From Amphiscolops sp. MND2022 (lineage: Eukaryota): a DNA stretch of 64,000 nucleotides. Below, piece by piece: positions 9,477 to 21,662 of the stretch. Position numbers and translations under genes: made by a program. The notes beneath the pieces are model-generated. The model ran no database searches, was not told the origin of the DNA, and saw only the letters and a list, made by a program, of their open reading frames with translations. Each line of letters opens with the position of its first letter. The stretch's first letter is position 1. Location of the stretch: positions 16,678,001 through 16,742,000 of the forward strand of contig OZ076417.1 of the NCBI GenBank assembly GCA_964187785.1. Direction: 5' to 3'.

Positions 9477-12400
9477 TTATTCCTGAGTAGTAATTATGGC
9501 GTCTAGTCGTCTGAAGTCGGGTTTTGTGTTAGGTGTAGGGTTCGGTCGTAAGTTATGATTCGCTATTTTTCTGGGGTTGTATCCGACGTGAGTAGGGGAA
9601 TATGTAGGGGAGGCGGGGGGGCTTTCGATTGGAGGGGGATTTGTTATAAAGGGGTTATCTTCGACGTCCATGTTTACGTTAGTGAAATCTGGTTCAACTG
9701 CGGGCTCATCGTCATTTATGTCGTGAACTTCGTGTGGGCTGTTGTGTGTGAAGTTATGATTATAGTTTTGTTGGTTTTCTATTGGGACGGAGATGTCTGG
9801 TTCTTGTAAGTGGGGTTCCCAAGCTTGAGCGTACCATTCATTATGATGTATTATAACTTCTGGATCGGGTAAATAGTCCGTTGGTTTGACCGTGACGTCT
9901 GGTAGACGTTGAGCTGCTTTATAAATTCGTAGGCGTATTCTGTGAAGCGTTTGAGTGTATCGCGTGCCTAAGCGGCGTATAGTGTAGTTGTTGTTTGATA
10001 GGATTTTGATGACTATGAATGGTCCAGTCCAAATGCATTCATTAAACGCGAATTTCGTCGATTGGTTATCTGCTTTGGGGTTCAATACGTAGCAGTAGTC
10101 GTTGACTTTGAGGGGAGTTGCGTTAGCTTTTCTGTCGTAATAGCGCTTGTATTTGATGTAGGATACCATGAGATTTTCTTTGATTGTTGTTTTGATTTCC
10201 TCCGTTTGTTTCAGTAGTTGTTCTGCTAAGGCGGTGTTTTGTTGTCGTTGCCATTTTGGTTTCAGTCCCAGTTTGAGATCAAGTACGTTGTATGGGACGC
10301 GGGCATGGAACACTGTTGATGGTTCGCACCCAAGACTCTCGTGGTAGGTGGTGTTGTAGTTCATAACAGCTATCTGTACATAATTGTGCCACATTGATTT
10401 TCTTTCTCCTGTGGATATTTTTAGTGAAGTTTTAAGTGATGCATGTGTTCTTTCAAGGATGCCGATTGTTTGGGCGTGTTTTGTTGTGGCATGATGTATT
10501 TCGATGTCTAATACTTTAGTAATCTCCTGTATTACTTCTGCTCGGAATTAAGATCCTTTGTCAGAAATAATGCGTGTTGGCAGGTAGGCGTGTCTGGTCA
10601 TGACGTCTAAGATACATCGTCCTACAGTACGTGCTGACATGTTTTGTACTGGGTATGCAAAAAGGTAGCGTGAGAAAACGTCTATCATCGTCACTATGTG
10701 TTGGTAACCTGCAGAGCTTGGTAGGTTTGGTAATATGTCTATTTCGAGTATGTCTTCGGGTCCAAGTGAGAATTCATTAGGGTTGATCATTTTGGGTCTT
10801 ATTAGTCGCGTGTTGATTCTTTTGTGTTTGATGCAGTCTTGGCAGTTGGTGACCCATTGCTTTATGTGATTGGCGATGTCGGGGTAATAGTATTTCGCTC
10901 GACATTGTTGAATCATTTTGGTTATTCCTGGGTGTTTTCCTGAAGTTCCGTGCATAGTTTTAAGCAGCTCTGGTATTATGTGGGTTGGGAGGATGACTTG
11001 GTTATGGGTGACTTGACCACATTCACCGTAGTACTTGCGTACAAGTATTCCGTCTTTAAGGGTTATTCGGTTTTCGTGTTTGAGGAGTTTTTGTGCTTTT
11101 GGATCTGTCTGTAGTAAGTGTGCGTCATATTCTTCCTGTGATAGTTTTGCCTTTATGGTTTTCAGGACTGTATCTGCATCTTGTTCATTTCTGATGCGGG
11201 GGTTTTCAGTTATTGCTCCTAGGGAGTAAGAAAGTTTGTTTATTGGGATCATGGTGGCTTCTTGTATTGTTGCTGTGATTTCGTTTTGTTTGTCTGTGTG
11301 GGCTCGTTGTTTGGCTGACATTTTTCGTTGTAAGATTTCTTCTTCTGTTTCCAATCGTTCATCTGGTAGGAAAAATTGTTGTTCGTCATCAGCTACGTCA
11401 GTTGATTGCATGTTGATTTGTATGGGGGTCGTACGTATATCTTCCCTTATTGTGAGCTCTATTTTTTCTTTGGGTGTTATTTCGAGTCGGGAGAGGAAGT
11501 CTGCTGCGGTATCAAGTGTCCCTGCTACATGCATGATTCTGAAGTTAAATCGTAAGACGTAGTCACATGCGTTCCAAAGGGTCGGTGGTATTGCTTTGGT
11601 TTGGAAAAATCTTGTGACTGAGCGGTTGTCAGTCATAACGAGGGTTGGTAGCGTGGCCTCCCATAGTATATGGCTGTATTCAAGGAACGCGTGATATATT
11701 GCTAAGAATTCTTTGCAATATATGGACATTTTGAGTTGGGCCGGAGAGAATACCTTTGAGCCAAATGCTACTGGGGCGAATGTTTTTCTTTTGGAGGTTA
11801 GTTTTTTGTCATCTTTCTCTTCAATCATAAGTGCGTATCCTGATGTTCGGAAGCTGGCATCTGCCATGATGACGTATTGCCGTCCCTTGATCGGTTGTTT
11901 GAGGGCAAGGCCGCAGGCTTCTGTTAGGGCTGTATTGATTGCTTTGTAGTCTTCTAGTATGTCTTCCGTGATGGTTATTTTGTTGTCTATTTTGAGGAGT
12001 TCGTAAAATCTTCGGAGCTTTTCGGAGAGTCTGTGTATGTAGGTTCTGTAATAGTTTACAAATCCAATGTATCGCTGAACTTGCTTTTTGGATTTTGGGA
12101 ATCTGACGTTGGGTAGGAATTTTTTGATTTTGTGGTCTTGTGGTGCCACTCCTTGTGATGTGATCGTTCTTCCCAAAAACTCTACTTTGGTGACTCCAAA
12201 ATGGCATTTCTCAATAGTCAATTTCAGGCCTGCTTGTCTTATGCAGTCGAAAACAGCTTTGATGTTTCGTATAAGCTGCGTCACGGTATTGGCGGCAATG
12301 CCTATGTCGTCGACGTATTGAGCACATTGGTGAGCTTTTATTACTTTATCAAGGTATTCTCTCATAAAGCTGGAGAATTCTGAGAGGGCTCTGCTCAGTC

Positions 12401-14326
12401 CTTGGGCGAGTCGTTTATAGGCAAAGGTTCTGCTGGCAAAATTGAATGCTAGTAACTCCACTGAGCGTTGATCTGCCATTTGAAGGCAGTGATATGCTTG
12501 TGAGCAATCAAGTTTGCAGAAAAGTTCTTTCCCTGCAAGATGTTGCGCTGCGTCAGAGAGTGTGCTGATGGGGTGGTTGTTGTTGATATAGTCGTCAGAT
12601 ATCAAGGCATTTATTTTTCGTAAGTCTACGAGTAGTCTGAGTTTGCCGTTTGGTTTGCGCTGGGCGAATATTGGGCTTGCGTATTTGGAGAACGGTAAGG
12701 TTGTAATCATGCCATATCTATGCATCAAGGCAAGTTCGACTGTTAGGTCTTCTTTGAGGTTAATCGGTACGGGCAGGCTTTGTGTATACACTGGTGCTTC
12801 GGTTTTGGGTGTGAGTTTGACCTTGAAGTTGTTGTTGATGCCTATGTCTAGGCGATGTCTCGCAAAGATGTCGTTGTATTCGACGATCACATCTTCTAGT
12901 TGTTTCCGTTCTTCGCCTTGTATTAGTGATTGGTCCTTGTGAACTGGAACATGTTCAGGAACTTTTCTCGGGATTGTTGATCTGTTGTGGGATTAAGTTT
13001 TTCCTTTTCTTCTAGTTCCCTTATTTCTTTGATGACTCGTTGTTGTATTGGGGTGTGTTCATTTTCGTTTCCTGGATTTTCTGGGGTGGGGAACCAGAAA
13101 CTGTCTTCGTGATGATCATCTGTTTTCATTAGTTCTTGGACGTACGCCACTGCATCGTCATGGTCTTCGAAGATTTTGAGGGCAGCGACGTCAATTGGTC
13201 GTATGTGTTTTGTGTCTTCTGGTGTGAGTATTTGCATTTCGGCTATCTTCGTATTGGTAGATATTGTGTACGGACTTTCAGTGGTGTTGATGGCTCTTAT
13301 TTTGACTCTTTTGGAGTTTGTGGACGTTATTGCAGGGGCAACTATAATCTGGGCATTTTCATCAAATTGGGGTAGCGGTTGGATGGTGCCAGTCATTGTG
13401 TGTTCTGCGTTTGTTATGACGATTGCATTGATGGTGCTGGCTTGTTGTGATGGTATCGTTTGTGTTTCATTGGTTCTTACTTGCATGGTTTGTGGAGTGA
13501 ATTTTTTCATTTCATCCTTCATGGCTAGTGTCATTTCGATGTGGGGGAATGTAATTGTGCCATTTGCTGTGTCCAGTACTGCTTGGTGGTTCCTCATGAA
13601 GTTGAGTCCGACTAATGGGAAGGACGTTCTTGAGAGGACGACAAACGTGTCGGTAAAAGTGTATGAGCCGATATTGAATTGCATGTCGGCCGTTGCTATG
13701 GGTTGTTCTATTGTAGCATTTGCACATTCGATTTTGAATGGAGGTTGTGGATATTCTTTGATTATGCAGTTTTCGGTATTGTTGCGGATCATGGTGTAGT
13801 CAGACCATGAGATGGCGTTTATATATGCGCCAGAATCGACAAGTCCATCGAGGGTGATTTCTCCGAACTCTAGTGGCAGATAGAGCATGCGTCTTCGTTT
13901 TTTGAGGTTGATGGTAGACATGAGTGGTAGGTAGTGATCTTCTCCTTGGGTGGTTATGAATTCCTTGATGGAGTTGAGTGATGTTGGGAAGTTATCATGT
14001 TTTGGTGAGAAGTTGTCTTCGGGGCTGGGTGTGTTTGGTATTTCCCTTTCGGATGGATGAATTGTTGTCGTAGTTGATTCATGATTGCTGTCGTCGTAGT
14101 CGTTGAGTTTTGGTGACTTTGGTTGGGTTTCTTCGTGTTGGTTTCCATTCAGAGGTAAGGGTCGTTTAGTTGTCAAGTGTTCGTTATCATGATCAGGGGT
14201 TCCTGATGGGTGATTTGTGTGTTCATAGTTAGTGGCACTTGAGTGTGTTGATGGGGGGTCTTGGATGTTGAATGCCCTCGCGACTACTGTTTCCCCGAAT
14301 TGTAGTCGCGGCGTATTGAGTTTTTT
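9477..14326 (-). pseudogene. pol: Element 1 pol (PR-RT-RNase H-IN), interrupted by one 1-nt frameshift (~12935) and one premature TAA (10548-10550)
   Basis: PR LVDSGA; RT KLDCSQAYH and YVDDI; RH ADAS/TDN/ADFLSR; IN H-x5-H...C-x2-C, EIDIL, ISDKG, ILERT. ORF-track pieces 12923-14176, 10548-12890 and 9477-10394 join; the last two are in the same frame across SDKGS*F. Confidence 0.96.
14279..14326 (-). promoter_or_regulatory. Programmed -1 ribosomal frameshift signal (gag-pol)
   Basis: Slippery A AAA AAC (14320-14326) is in the gag frame, followed after ~9 nt by a perfect 9-bp stem CGCGACTAC/GTAGTCGCG. The -1 frame is open straight into ...EHLTTKRPL of the protease ORF. Confidence 0.88.
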
Positions 14327-15723
14327 GATTCGTCCGCTTCTGGTGTCGCCTTTATCTTATCTGGTTTTGGGGTTATGCTGGATTGCCTCTTAGGTCTTGG
14401 ATCGTTTGCGGCGTTGGCGCCGTTCCAGCAATCTTCCGTTTTGTGTGGTTTTCCACAGGTGACACATTGTGGTCTGGGAGGACGTGTATTGTTGTTCGAG
14501 CCGTTTTGTTTTCTTGTTTCTTGCCATTTATCTCTTTTGAGTTTTCGGCATTCTGCTTTGTAGTGTCCATATCGGGAGCAGTAGAAGCAAAGTCCTCGTT
14601 TGTTTTCTTTGTTGTGCGGAGTATTTGACGTTGGGGCGACGTTATTGAGGGGTACTAGCGTTATTTCGTCTGGTGTCCCTAGGCCGTTAAGCCGCATTTC
14701 CCTCTCGAGGTGGAGGACTATTTCATTATAGGGTTTGTCTTCCAGGTATGCTCGGTTGAGGATCTTTTGGACATGATCAGGCATCTTAGCGTATATCGCT
14801 TTATCGATAAATTGTTGTGCCTCAGGTCCAAATGCCTCCTTCGCTGTTTTTTGGAGTGAGTCTAGAAATTCGTGTAGCTTTTGTGTTGTTGGATCGAATT
14901 TTAGCGTGTCCCATTCGCAGCGGGCTTTTGCGACTGAGAGATAGTCTCCAAATCGTCGTTTGAAGGTCGTCATGATATCTTCTAAATTGTTTTTCTTGGT
15001 GTCGTCAAGGCTGCGGAAAGCTTGTAAAGCTTCGCCCCTTAAGAGCGAATGAAAATAATTGATTCTTTGAATTTCTGTTAAGTGTGGGTGCATTCTTATG
15101 TTGTTTCTGAAGAGATCTTCGAACAGTTCGAATTTTTCATTTTTGCCATCGAATGTTGGTAGGGACGTTGTGAGGGCCTTGGGCATTGGGGGCGTTGTAT
15201 TGGATTCAGTTTGTTTTGTTGAGGGTGGAGCAGCTTCAGGTAGGTTGGTTCGTTCTGTGAGTGGTGACTGGCTTTGGGTACGAGTTTTGGATTTTTTCTT
15301 AGGATTAATGGGGTCGGGGAGGACTCCTGTCACCATGTTACGAATGCTAACGGGGGAATTCACGTTCCCGAAACGTACAGTTTTAGTAGGAGTTAGCGTT
15401 ACACTGGTAGGAGTTTCTATTATTTCGTCACTGTTACTAGGTCTGTTTTCCAAACTTGAGGACCTTATTGCTAATATGAGTTCTCTTTGTGATTGTTCTA
15501 GAAGGGTTTTTACTTCTTCAGTTATTTCCTTTCTCAGAGAAGTTTTTAGGTTTTCAAGAGATTGGTCTACCTGAGGAGTTAGTCCGTTAGTCGAAGTGCT
15601 AGGTTCTGAACTTACGTCTTCTCCTACGACGACACTGCTGACCCTCAAAAGATTCTCCTGCTGGTTGTCTTCGGTTTCTTCTACGCTCACTCCTGCTTTC
15701 CTTTTCTGGCTTCTTGTTGACAT
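14284..15723 (-). CDS. gag: Element 1 Gag, 479 aa, intact
   Basis: Capsid-like PTFDGKNEKFELFEDLF...YFHSLLRGEA. Zinc knuckles CFYCSRYGHYKAEC and CVTCGKPHKTEDC. Confidence 0.95.
   Translation of the reverse strand: MSTRSQKRKAGVSVEETEDNQQENLLRVSSVVVGEDVSSEPSTSTNGLTPQVDQSLENLKTSLRKEITEEVKTLLEQSQRELILAIRSSSLENRPSNSDEIIETPTSVTLTPTKTVRFGNVNSPVSIRNMVTGVLPDPINPKKKSKTRTQSQSPLTERTNLPEAAPPSTKQTESNTTPPMPKALTTSLPTFDGKNEKFELFEDLFRNNIRMHPHLTEIQRINYFHSLLRGEALQAFRSLDDTKKNNLEDIMTTFKRRFGDYLSVAKARCEWDTLKFDPTTQKLHEFLDSLQKTAKEAFGPEAQQFIDKAIYAKMPDHVQKILNRAYLEDKPYNEIVLHLEREMRLNGLGTPDEITLVPLNNVAPTSNTPHNKENKRGLCFYCSRYGHYKAECRKLKRDKWQETRKQNGSNNNTRPPRPQCVTCGKPHKTEDCWNGANAANDPRPKRQSSITPKPDKIKATPEADESKNSIRRDYNSGKQ
15323..15335 (-). 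other. Primer-binding site TGGTGACAGGAGT (tRNA-Leu-like), embedded in gag coding sequence
   Basis: Directly abuts the 5' LTR end (...TAACA|TGG). One mismatch to the usual animal tRNA-Leu(CAG) PBS TGGTGTCAGGAGT as I recall it; tRNA identity is inferred. Confidence 0.8.
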
Positions 15724-17346
15724 CTTGACTTTGAGATTGTAGTTTCAGAGAATTTATTTCAGAACTTGAAATTTAACAGAACGTCATAAACAAGTGAGAG
15801 CAATATCCAAGATTAAAAAAACTCAAAGCCACTCCAGTCTATATATACCTTCCCCTATTTCACGTGACCACGCTAGCGTCACAAAGCTGTCGAAAAAATA
15901 CCCACTACATCCGGTAAAATCACAATTATATCACGTCCGGCGTTCCTGACTCGAGCTTATTTTCAAAGAAATCATACTACTTGTGAACAAGGTATGAACA
16001 TAATTTCCGAATAAGGTGAGGTAGAATCTCCAACAAAGGAATGTCTCAGATGCAAATCACGACAGACCGGAAATGGAAGCGTTCCTAAAGTCATTTTTAT
16101 CGAAACAACCCAACTTTGACTTCGTAAAGGCGGGAAAAAATCTCGATAAGTAGGAAGTGGTCACAAAATTTTCGCGGGAAAATAGAAACAAAAAATCGAG
16201 ACGAATACGAGTCAAGAGACGCGGGAAATGACTCACACATGTGTGATAATTTTGGGGAAAGTACAAATATTCTGAGATTTATGGTTTTCCTCAAATACTA
16301 CATTTTAGAGAAACATGAAATGAATTTTCATTTACAATAAGTCATTAAATGAGAAATCAAACAACAATATGTATATATATGCACACATGAATGTCACGTT
16401 AGGACCCTAGTATAATGAACGTTAATTAATCGTTAATATCTGTTAACCAACATTATATGTAAACCGCATTCACTGATTACTATTTTATAGCAGCTCCAAC
16501 AGATCAATTATAATTAATCATCAACAAATATTGGATGTGGCATGGTTTTCCGTAATTTGAAACACTTGGGAAGCTCTCTTATTTCACAATACCCTAAGGA
16601 AGTATCTTTCATTAATTGATCTTGTTATTCATATTAAGCATGACGTAAGGTCGTCGTATGCGTGAGCCTAAAATTCGATTGTAATGTGACGTAAACTTGA
16701 CGTAGACTTGAATTTTCTTTTAGTCAAAACGTGGCGTGGTAATTACGCTGGTTTATACTCTAGTATAATCTTAACAACTAGTTCAATATTGACAATAGCA
16801 TTGTTTGGTCACAAGCATTGTGTGACGTAGCTTTGACGTAGACTCTTTCCTTTCATTCCGATTAGCCGTGACGTATTATTGACGTAATTCATTTTTTCAT
16901 GCGAGCGGTGCTAAATATTAATTAGCGTAAACAAACGCTAGCGCGGTTATTGCGTTAAACTAATTTCTTAGCTGACTAATTTTGACGTTAGACATGCGGC
17001 TGCACTTTACTTGGAGTGTGCACATAGTAATTGTTTTGGGGTAAACTGGTACGCATAAGTTTTATTTGTGACGCTTATAATTTCGTTTACAATAGCAGTT
17101 TGACAGCATGTTGGTTTTAATTTTTCCTTGAATCGTTAATTTAGGATTATGTTTAAGAGATATTCCCAAGTTGCTTCATATTATCGTTTTAGTTCTTTTA
17201 GTTTTCGTTTAGTTTTCGTTTAGTTTGTTCAGTTTAGTTTTGAGTTGATCAATTCCAACAGTACTTAGCTTTCATCAGGCATCCGTGTCCTCTTCCGAAT
17301 TGTATTCGTCGACAAGAACAAGCCAGTCCGGGAGCGGACTGTGACA
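15336..17346 (-). repeat. Element 1 5' LTR (2011 bp)
   Basis: Direct repeat of 2559-4597, followed by TSD GAGGT. Confidence 0.97.
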
Positions 17347-17830
17347 GAGGTTGATTGATTTAGTTTACAAAGTCTGTCTGCATGTGTTTTTAAATGAATC
17401 CAAATTTATCTTCTTCCCGTCGAGCTATCCCCGGCGGACAGAGCGGCAAGGAAATGCCGTGTGGTGTTTTCGGAGGGCGCGATGCGTCTGCGTGACGCCG
17501 ACACCCCCATCAACTGGCCCGTTCTTTGTGAACTCTTCATTTCCCAATCCATTAGGCTTTTGTGAATGATAATTTCAACAGATAGGCCAATTCAGTTTCT
17601 TTGTAATCCACAGCTTGAATTTTCGGAAGCGTCTTCTCCAGAAATGTGTTTTAGTGATTGGACGGAGCTTTCTTCCTCCCTCGACGGTGCTGCTGCCGTC
17701 CATCCCGCTTACTTTTCTATCAATCCCGTAGCTGTTCCGGCAACCTCTGTTTTTACCAATTATTAAAAAACTTCAAGCTTCCAGAAACTTTAAAACATAC
17801 AAATAGGTAATATCAATAAAAAAAAATACA

Positions 17831-18382
17831 CTATGTGTAAGAGCCACGTCCCGTGGTGTCTCTCAAATCACCTACGGACCGTGAGTCTTTTTTCGTTATT
17901 TTAGTTTTCAACCCGGATGAATTTTCCCTATTTTCCTGACTACTTGAGGACATACTGGCCTCAGTGTCCCTATTTCCTGAAGATGACATTGAACTCACAA
18001 TGTTTTGGATTTCTGGGATCACCCTTTCTGATATAGCAGTGCTAATGGCTCTGTTTATCTGGTTATGGACCATGGACATCATGGAATCCATTTCTTGAGA
18101 CAATCTGAGGTTGAATTCATTTGTAAAGGTTTCAAAGGACTGTCTAACTTCATTGTGCCCCATCGGCTCATTTTCTTGTATAAAGCTATAATTGTTCCTT
18201 TGGTACTCATTTCCCTCGTAGTCCGCCTGGACAGAGGACTGTTCAATTGCATCTGCTAATTCTTTCTCAATAGGATTTTCACTCCCATTACCTAACATTA
18301 CGTCCAAGTTATCTATATCGGACATGATGTCCATTTCTCTAGACTTTCTTGCCTTAGCTTTCTGTCTTCTTGTGGAAGGCAT
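17831..18382 (-). pseudogene. gag N-terminal segment (MPSTRRQKAKARKSR...), 183 aa, inside the putative LTR
   Basis: Basic N-terminus and position analogous to element 1. The ORF stops 5 nt beyond the ...TTACA terminus. Confidence 0.65.
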
Positions 18383-19345
18383 TAATGATTGTACTAGAGG
18401 TAATATTTAAATTATTCTAGTAATCGGTTATTAACAACGAAACGGTTAATAATTTGTATCTGAGTATTATCGAAAGGTGAACTGATAATATTATCGCTTG
18501 TCAAATTGTGTCCCCGAGGACAACTAGTCCTGGGTATTTATAGTTAGGGCGGGGGTGATGATCTAATTTCAGGGTGTCATGCATCTATTTTTAGAACATA
18601 ATAGCTAAAAATAGCACCGTGATGTCATCATCGCACTAAATATATACTTCAAAGGGCTAGCGGTGGTTGAATATTTATACGGCCTCCATGGCTACAATGA
18701 CAATGACAGCCAAGAATTACATATATTTACATGTAAAGGCAACAATTCATGTATCATGTTCTATAACGTATCTTTTCTAGCCATATTAGCTAGAATGTAT
18801 CTAAAATAGTAAGCATCGAGATTTCAGTTTCTGTACTTTCAAAGTACAGGATTGATCAAGTATCCACGCTGTCTTATTATAGCAACTAATAGAGCAGCTT
18901 TCAACTATTTAAAATAACAGCATTGTCGGCTTGTGTCAAAATGGACACGCTGTCCTTTATTTATTTCCAAGCCGTAAGAATGAAAGCCAAGTACGGCGCA
19001 AGTACTAATACCGCCATATTGGTTTAATAGCAACTGTACATGTACATAACTAAATACTGCTCTCGGATTGGTTGATTTCAAATTGGATGCTTTGTTCAAG
19101 GCGACAGGCAAGAAAACATTTGAACTCGTTTCCTTTGCCTGTACGCCTTGGTGTCCAATTTCAAATTTACCGTACATTAATATACATATGAATAGCAACA
19201 GTATCTAACGTTTTACATTGAGTATAAAATCAACTAATATTAAACAGTCGAAATAGTACTTTCTGAACAAGTTTTAATTTATTGGGAGGGTATTCGGTAG
19301 GGCTCTTTGGTAGCTGTGGTTTATTGAATACAGATTCCCATCACA
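17836..19345 (-). mobile_element. Probable 3' LTR of a second, decayed family related to element 1
   Basis: Candidate TGTGAT...TTACA termini. Contains a basic gag-like N-terminus ORF that ends at the boundary, with TATAAA ~150 bp upstream of its ATG. Followed by a homolog of the antisense gene. No partner LTR in the window, so boundaries are inferred by analogy. Confidence 0.55.
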
Positions 19346-19649
19346 GGCGGCCGCCTGGGACACTAGGGTCGAGTGAAATATCCCTTATGGAGCATTTGAC
19401 GATTTTTAATAAGCTTTTCACGCTCATGAAAATTGTGTCTTGTAATGTTGTCTCCTCCACGGGATGTTTCCTTTTTTCTAGTTTTGCTGCTAGGACTCCT
19501 TCTAACGGAGTTACGATTGTTTGCCCACCTTCCCGAGGAGAAGAAGCTAACGTGCCAGAGTCTGGTACCCTTGTTGCTGGTCCCGTGTTACACTCGGCTG
19601 CCTCTCCACGTTTTAAGTCATTTCTCCCCGAGTTCTCGGAAAATTTCAT
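19341..19649 (-). CDS. Orphan sense ORF abutting the putative LTR (positional analogue of 4500-5213)
   Basis: 102-aa ORF whose stop codon lies in the first bases of the putative LTR. No sequence similarity recognised. Confidence 0.3.
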   Translation of the reverse strand: MKFSENSGRNDLKRGEAAECNTGPATRVPDSGTLASSPREGGQTIVTPLEGVLAAKLEKRKHPVEETTLQDTIFMSVKSLLKIVKCSIRDISLDPSVPGGRL

Positions 19650-19871
19650 TGGATTGACTTCTTCTCGCCAGCTAAAGGAGGTAAGGGAGTTTGCTTGTTA
19701 CAGTTCCTCTTTCTGTATGTTGTCCCCATTTTCTGTCGTTTGAGGATACTGTTTTGGCAAACCCATCGTGTCAGACCCGAGCTAAAGAGCCGTTCGTCCC
19801 TCGTTGGTAAATTTTTTCTATTCAAAAACGAAACAGTTTTGATCTTTTGTTTTGTTTCCCTAACGTTACAG

Positions 19872-20880
19872 TGTCGGCATTCACAGTGTCGAAGAACGCG
19901 GTCCCATTGTTCGCGGAATCGAATCCGCCAAGATATGGTCGGTGACCACCTCGTTTTCCAGTTGTTCGTGAGTGGATCGAGCACTGGTTTTGATGATTTT
20001 TTTTTCATCATCCAAGTCTCGTTGGGCTGGAGAGCTCAGGCGTCACTTCTTTGACGATTGTCATGGGTAAGCAAACGTGAAGTATCGTGTCCACCAAGGC
20101 TTGTCTGACTTCAATAAATTGATGCGCGCAATTGAGCTGTCAGAGACTCAGAACAAAATCGTCTCTCGCCCTTTCAAAGACAGAGATTTTCAGTTTTGGT
20201 TGGTTTGTTGGGTCGTTTCGTGTTGGCGTGACTACAGGCTTCGTCGCAAGCTGCAGGAAAGTTTCCGGGGACCCTTGGGCTGGACAAGCCTATGCTTTCT
20301 CTCAATGGAACAGATCCGAGTCACTATCCGAGTCAGATGTTGATCAGATAATTTGTTTTGTTGCTTGTTGTGGCATTTCTCATTTGTTTTCCAGTCGTTC
20401 GTGCGTCTCGCGCGTATGCGTTAATGTTGAGTCTTTGGGTCAGTCGTAATGATGGGCGCCTGTTCATCTACTGCCAAGCTCATCAAGAGCTTTTTGGCAT
20501 GATAGTGTGAACAACAATGGAAGACTTTTTAATGTTTAGTCCGTATGCTGCTCTGCAGGTGCTGTGGATGGAAGATTTCCCGAGTCTGCATCGCGTTGTT
20601 GTCTCGGTCACGTTATTTTCACTGATTTGCGGGCTGCCAAGCGGAAGTTGCTTTCTGTATGGTAGAGCGTCCGAGAATTCGACCGCTACACTGCTGGCCC
20701 TCGGCATGTCAATTCTGTGTTTGATTTAGTTGTCTTCATTTCCCTCACATTGTTTGATGCTTTTTGCGTGTTTCTTCTTTTGTTTTTTTTTGTTCTTTGA
20801 GGTTGGGTGGGTTGTAGTGTTTTTGTCAACGGTTGTCATTTTGGTGTTTTCTGTTTTTCAAGATGCCTGAGACAGGCTGG
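19872..20880 (+). pseudogene. Degenerate second copy of the antisense hAT-like gene, 5' part (interrupted by element 2)
   Basis: SRNRIRQDMVGDHLVFQLFVSGSSTG vs SRNHLRKDMVAGDEILSEFVSGSKNG; ELRRHF..CH vs ELVRHF..RH; YRVHQGLSDFNKL vs YRVHKGMPVFNQL; QAHQELFGM vs QAHQDVFGM. Contains stops and frameshifts. Confidence 0.85.
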
Positions 20881-21414
20881 TGTACTGCTTAAGAGTGTGT
20901 GTTATGGTTAGGGTTAGATGTAACTATAAGAAGTTATTTCATCTTAAGCAGAAGCCGCTGTAGATGTTACTGTACTATCAGAATATCAGAGATCTTTTTC
21001 AATGCTTAGCTAAGTCTTTCGAGGAGTACCTTTCTAGTTCTTTCACTAGTTATATACTGAGAGAAAACCTATCTATTGAGAGGTATAGTAAACTCTGATT
21101 ATTTAGTTATCAGGATATACATCAACAATTTATCTGTCATTCATAACTGTCTAAATGAGGAAGCATCGCTAAATCTATTATAGATCAGTGGGCTAGTATC
21201 TCAATGATGGAGCATTCGCTAAATAGATTAAAGATTAGTGGGTCACCATATCAGATTACTGAGAGTATTTATTAAACAGATTAGTGGTAATAATATCTGG
21301 ATGGTGAGAGCATTCACTAAATAGATTTCAGGATGTCATGTGTCACTTGTCAAATAGAAAAGTTCTAGAAAGTTCTGTAAAAAAACTTTTGAGGTCATGT
21401 ATCATGGTATCACA
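20881..21414 (-). repeat. Element 2 3' LTR (534 bp)
   Basis: About 97% identical by eye to 40351-40885. Contains three internal gagcattc(g/a)ctaaatagatt-like repeats. Confidence 0.96.
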
Positions 21415-21662
21415 ATCAACTGGGTTTTTGAAAAAAGTTTCAAGTATGATATTGGGAGGAGTGGATTTTTGTTCTTGATGGTTTAGTTTTTTAGGTGTTT
21501 TGTAAAGTGTGTTATATGTGTGAGGACTGTTTTATACTTAAGGAGTGAGAACTACCTAGAGCGGTTTAATTAACTTCTTATAGAGCGGTTCGGTTCACTT
21601 TGGTGCGTATTTTGAAAGTCAAAAAGTCAAATAAGTGAGTTTGACTGACAGTTCGGTTCTAG

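Larger units (their letters stand above)
2559..17346 (-). mobile_element. Element 1: full-length Ty3/Gypsy LTR retrotransposon (~14.8 kb) with an extra 3' cargo region
   Basis: Two ~2-kb direct repeats with TGTCAC...TAACA termini on minus. 5-bp TSD GAGGT at 2554-2558 and 17347-17351. PBS present. Domain order gag-PR-RT-RH-IN. Confidence 0.97.

Noticed and set aside
9555-15574. Plus-strand ORFs opposite gag-pol (e.g. 11236-11562, 13176-13799, 15098-15574)
   Set aside because: Shadow ORFs expected from the codon bias of the A/C-rich sense strand; no splice-phase or homology support, unlike 5435-9392.
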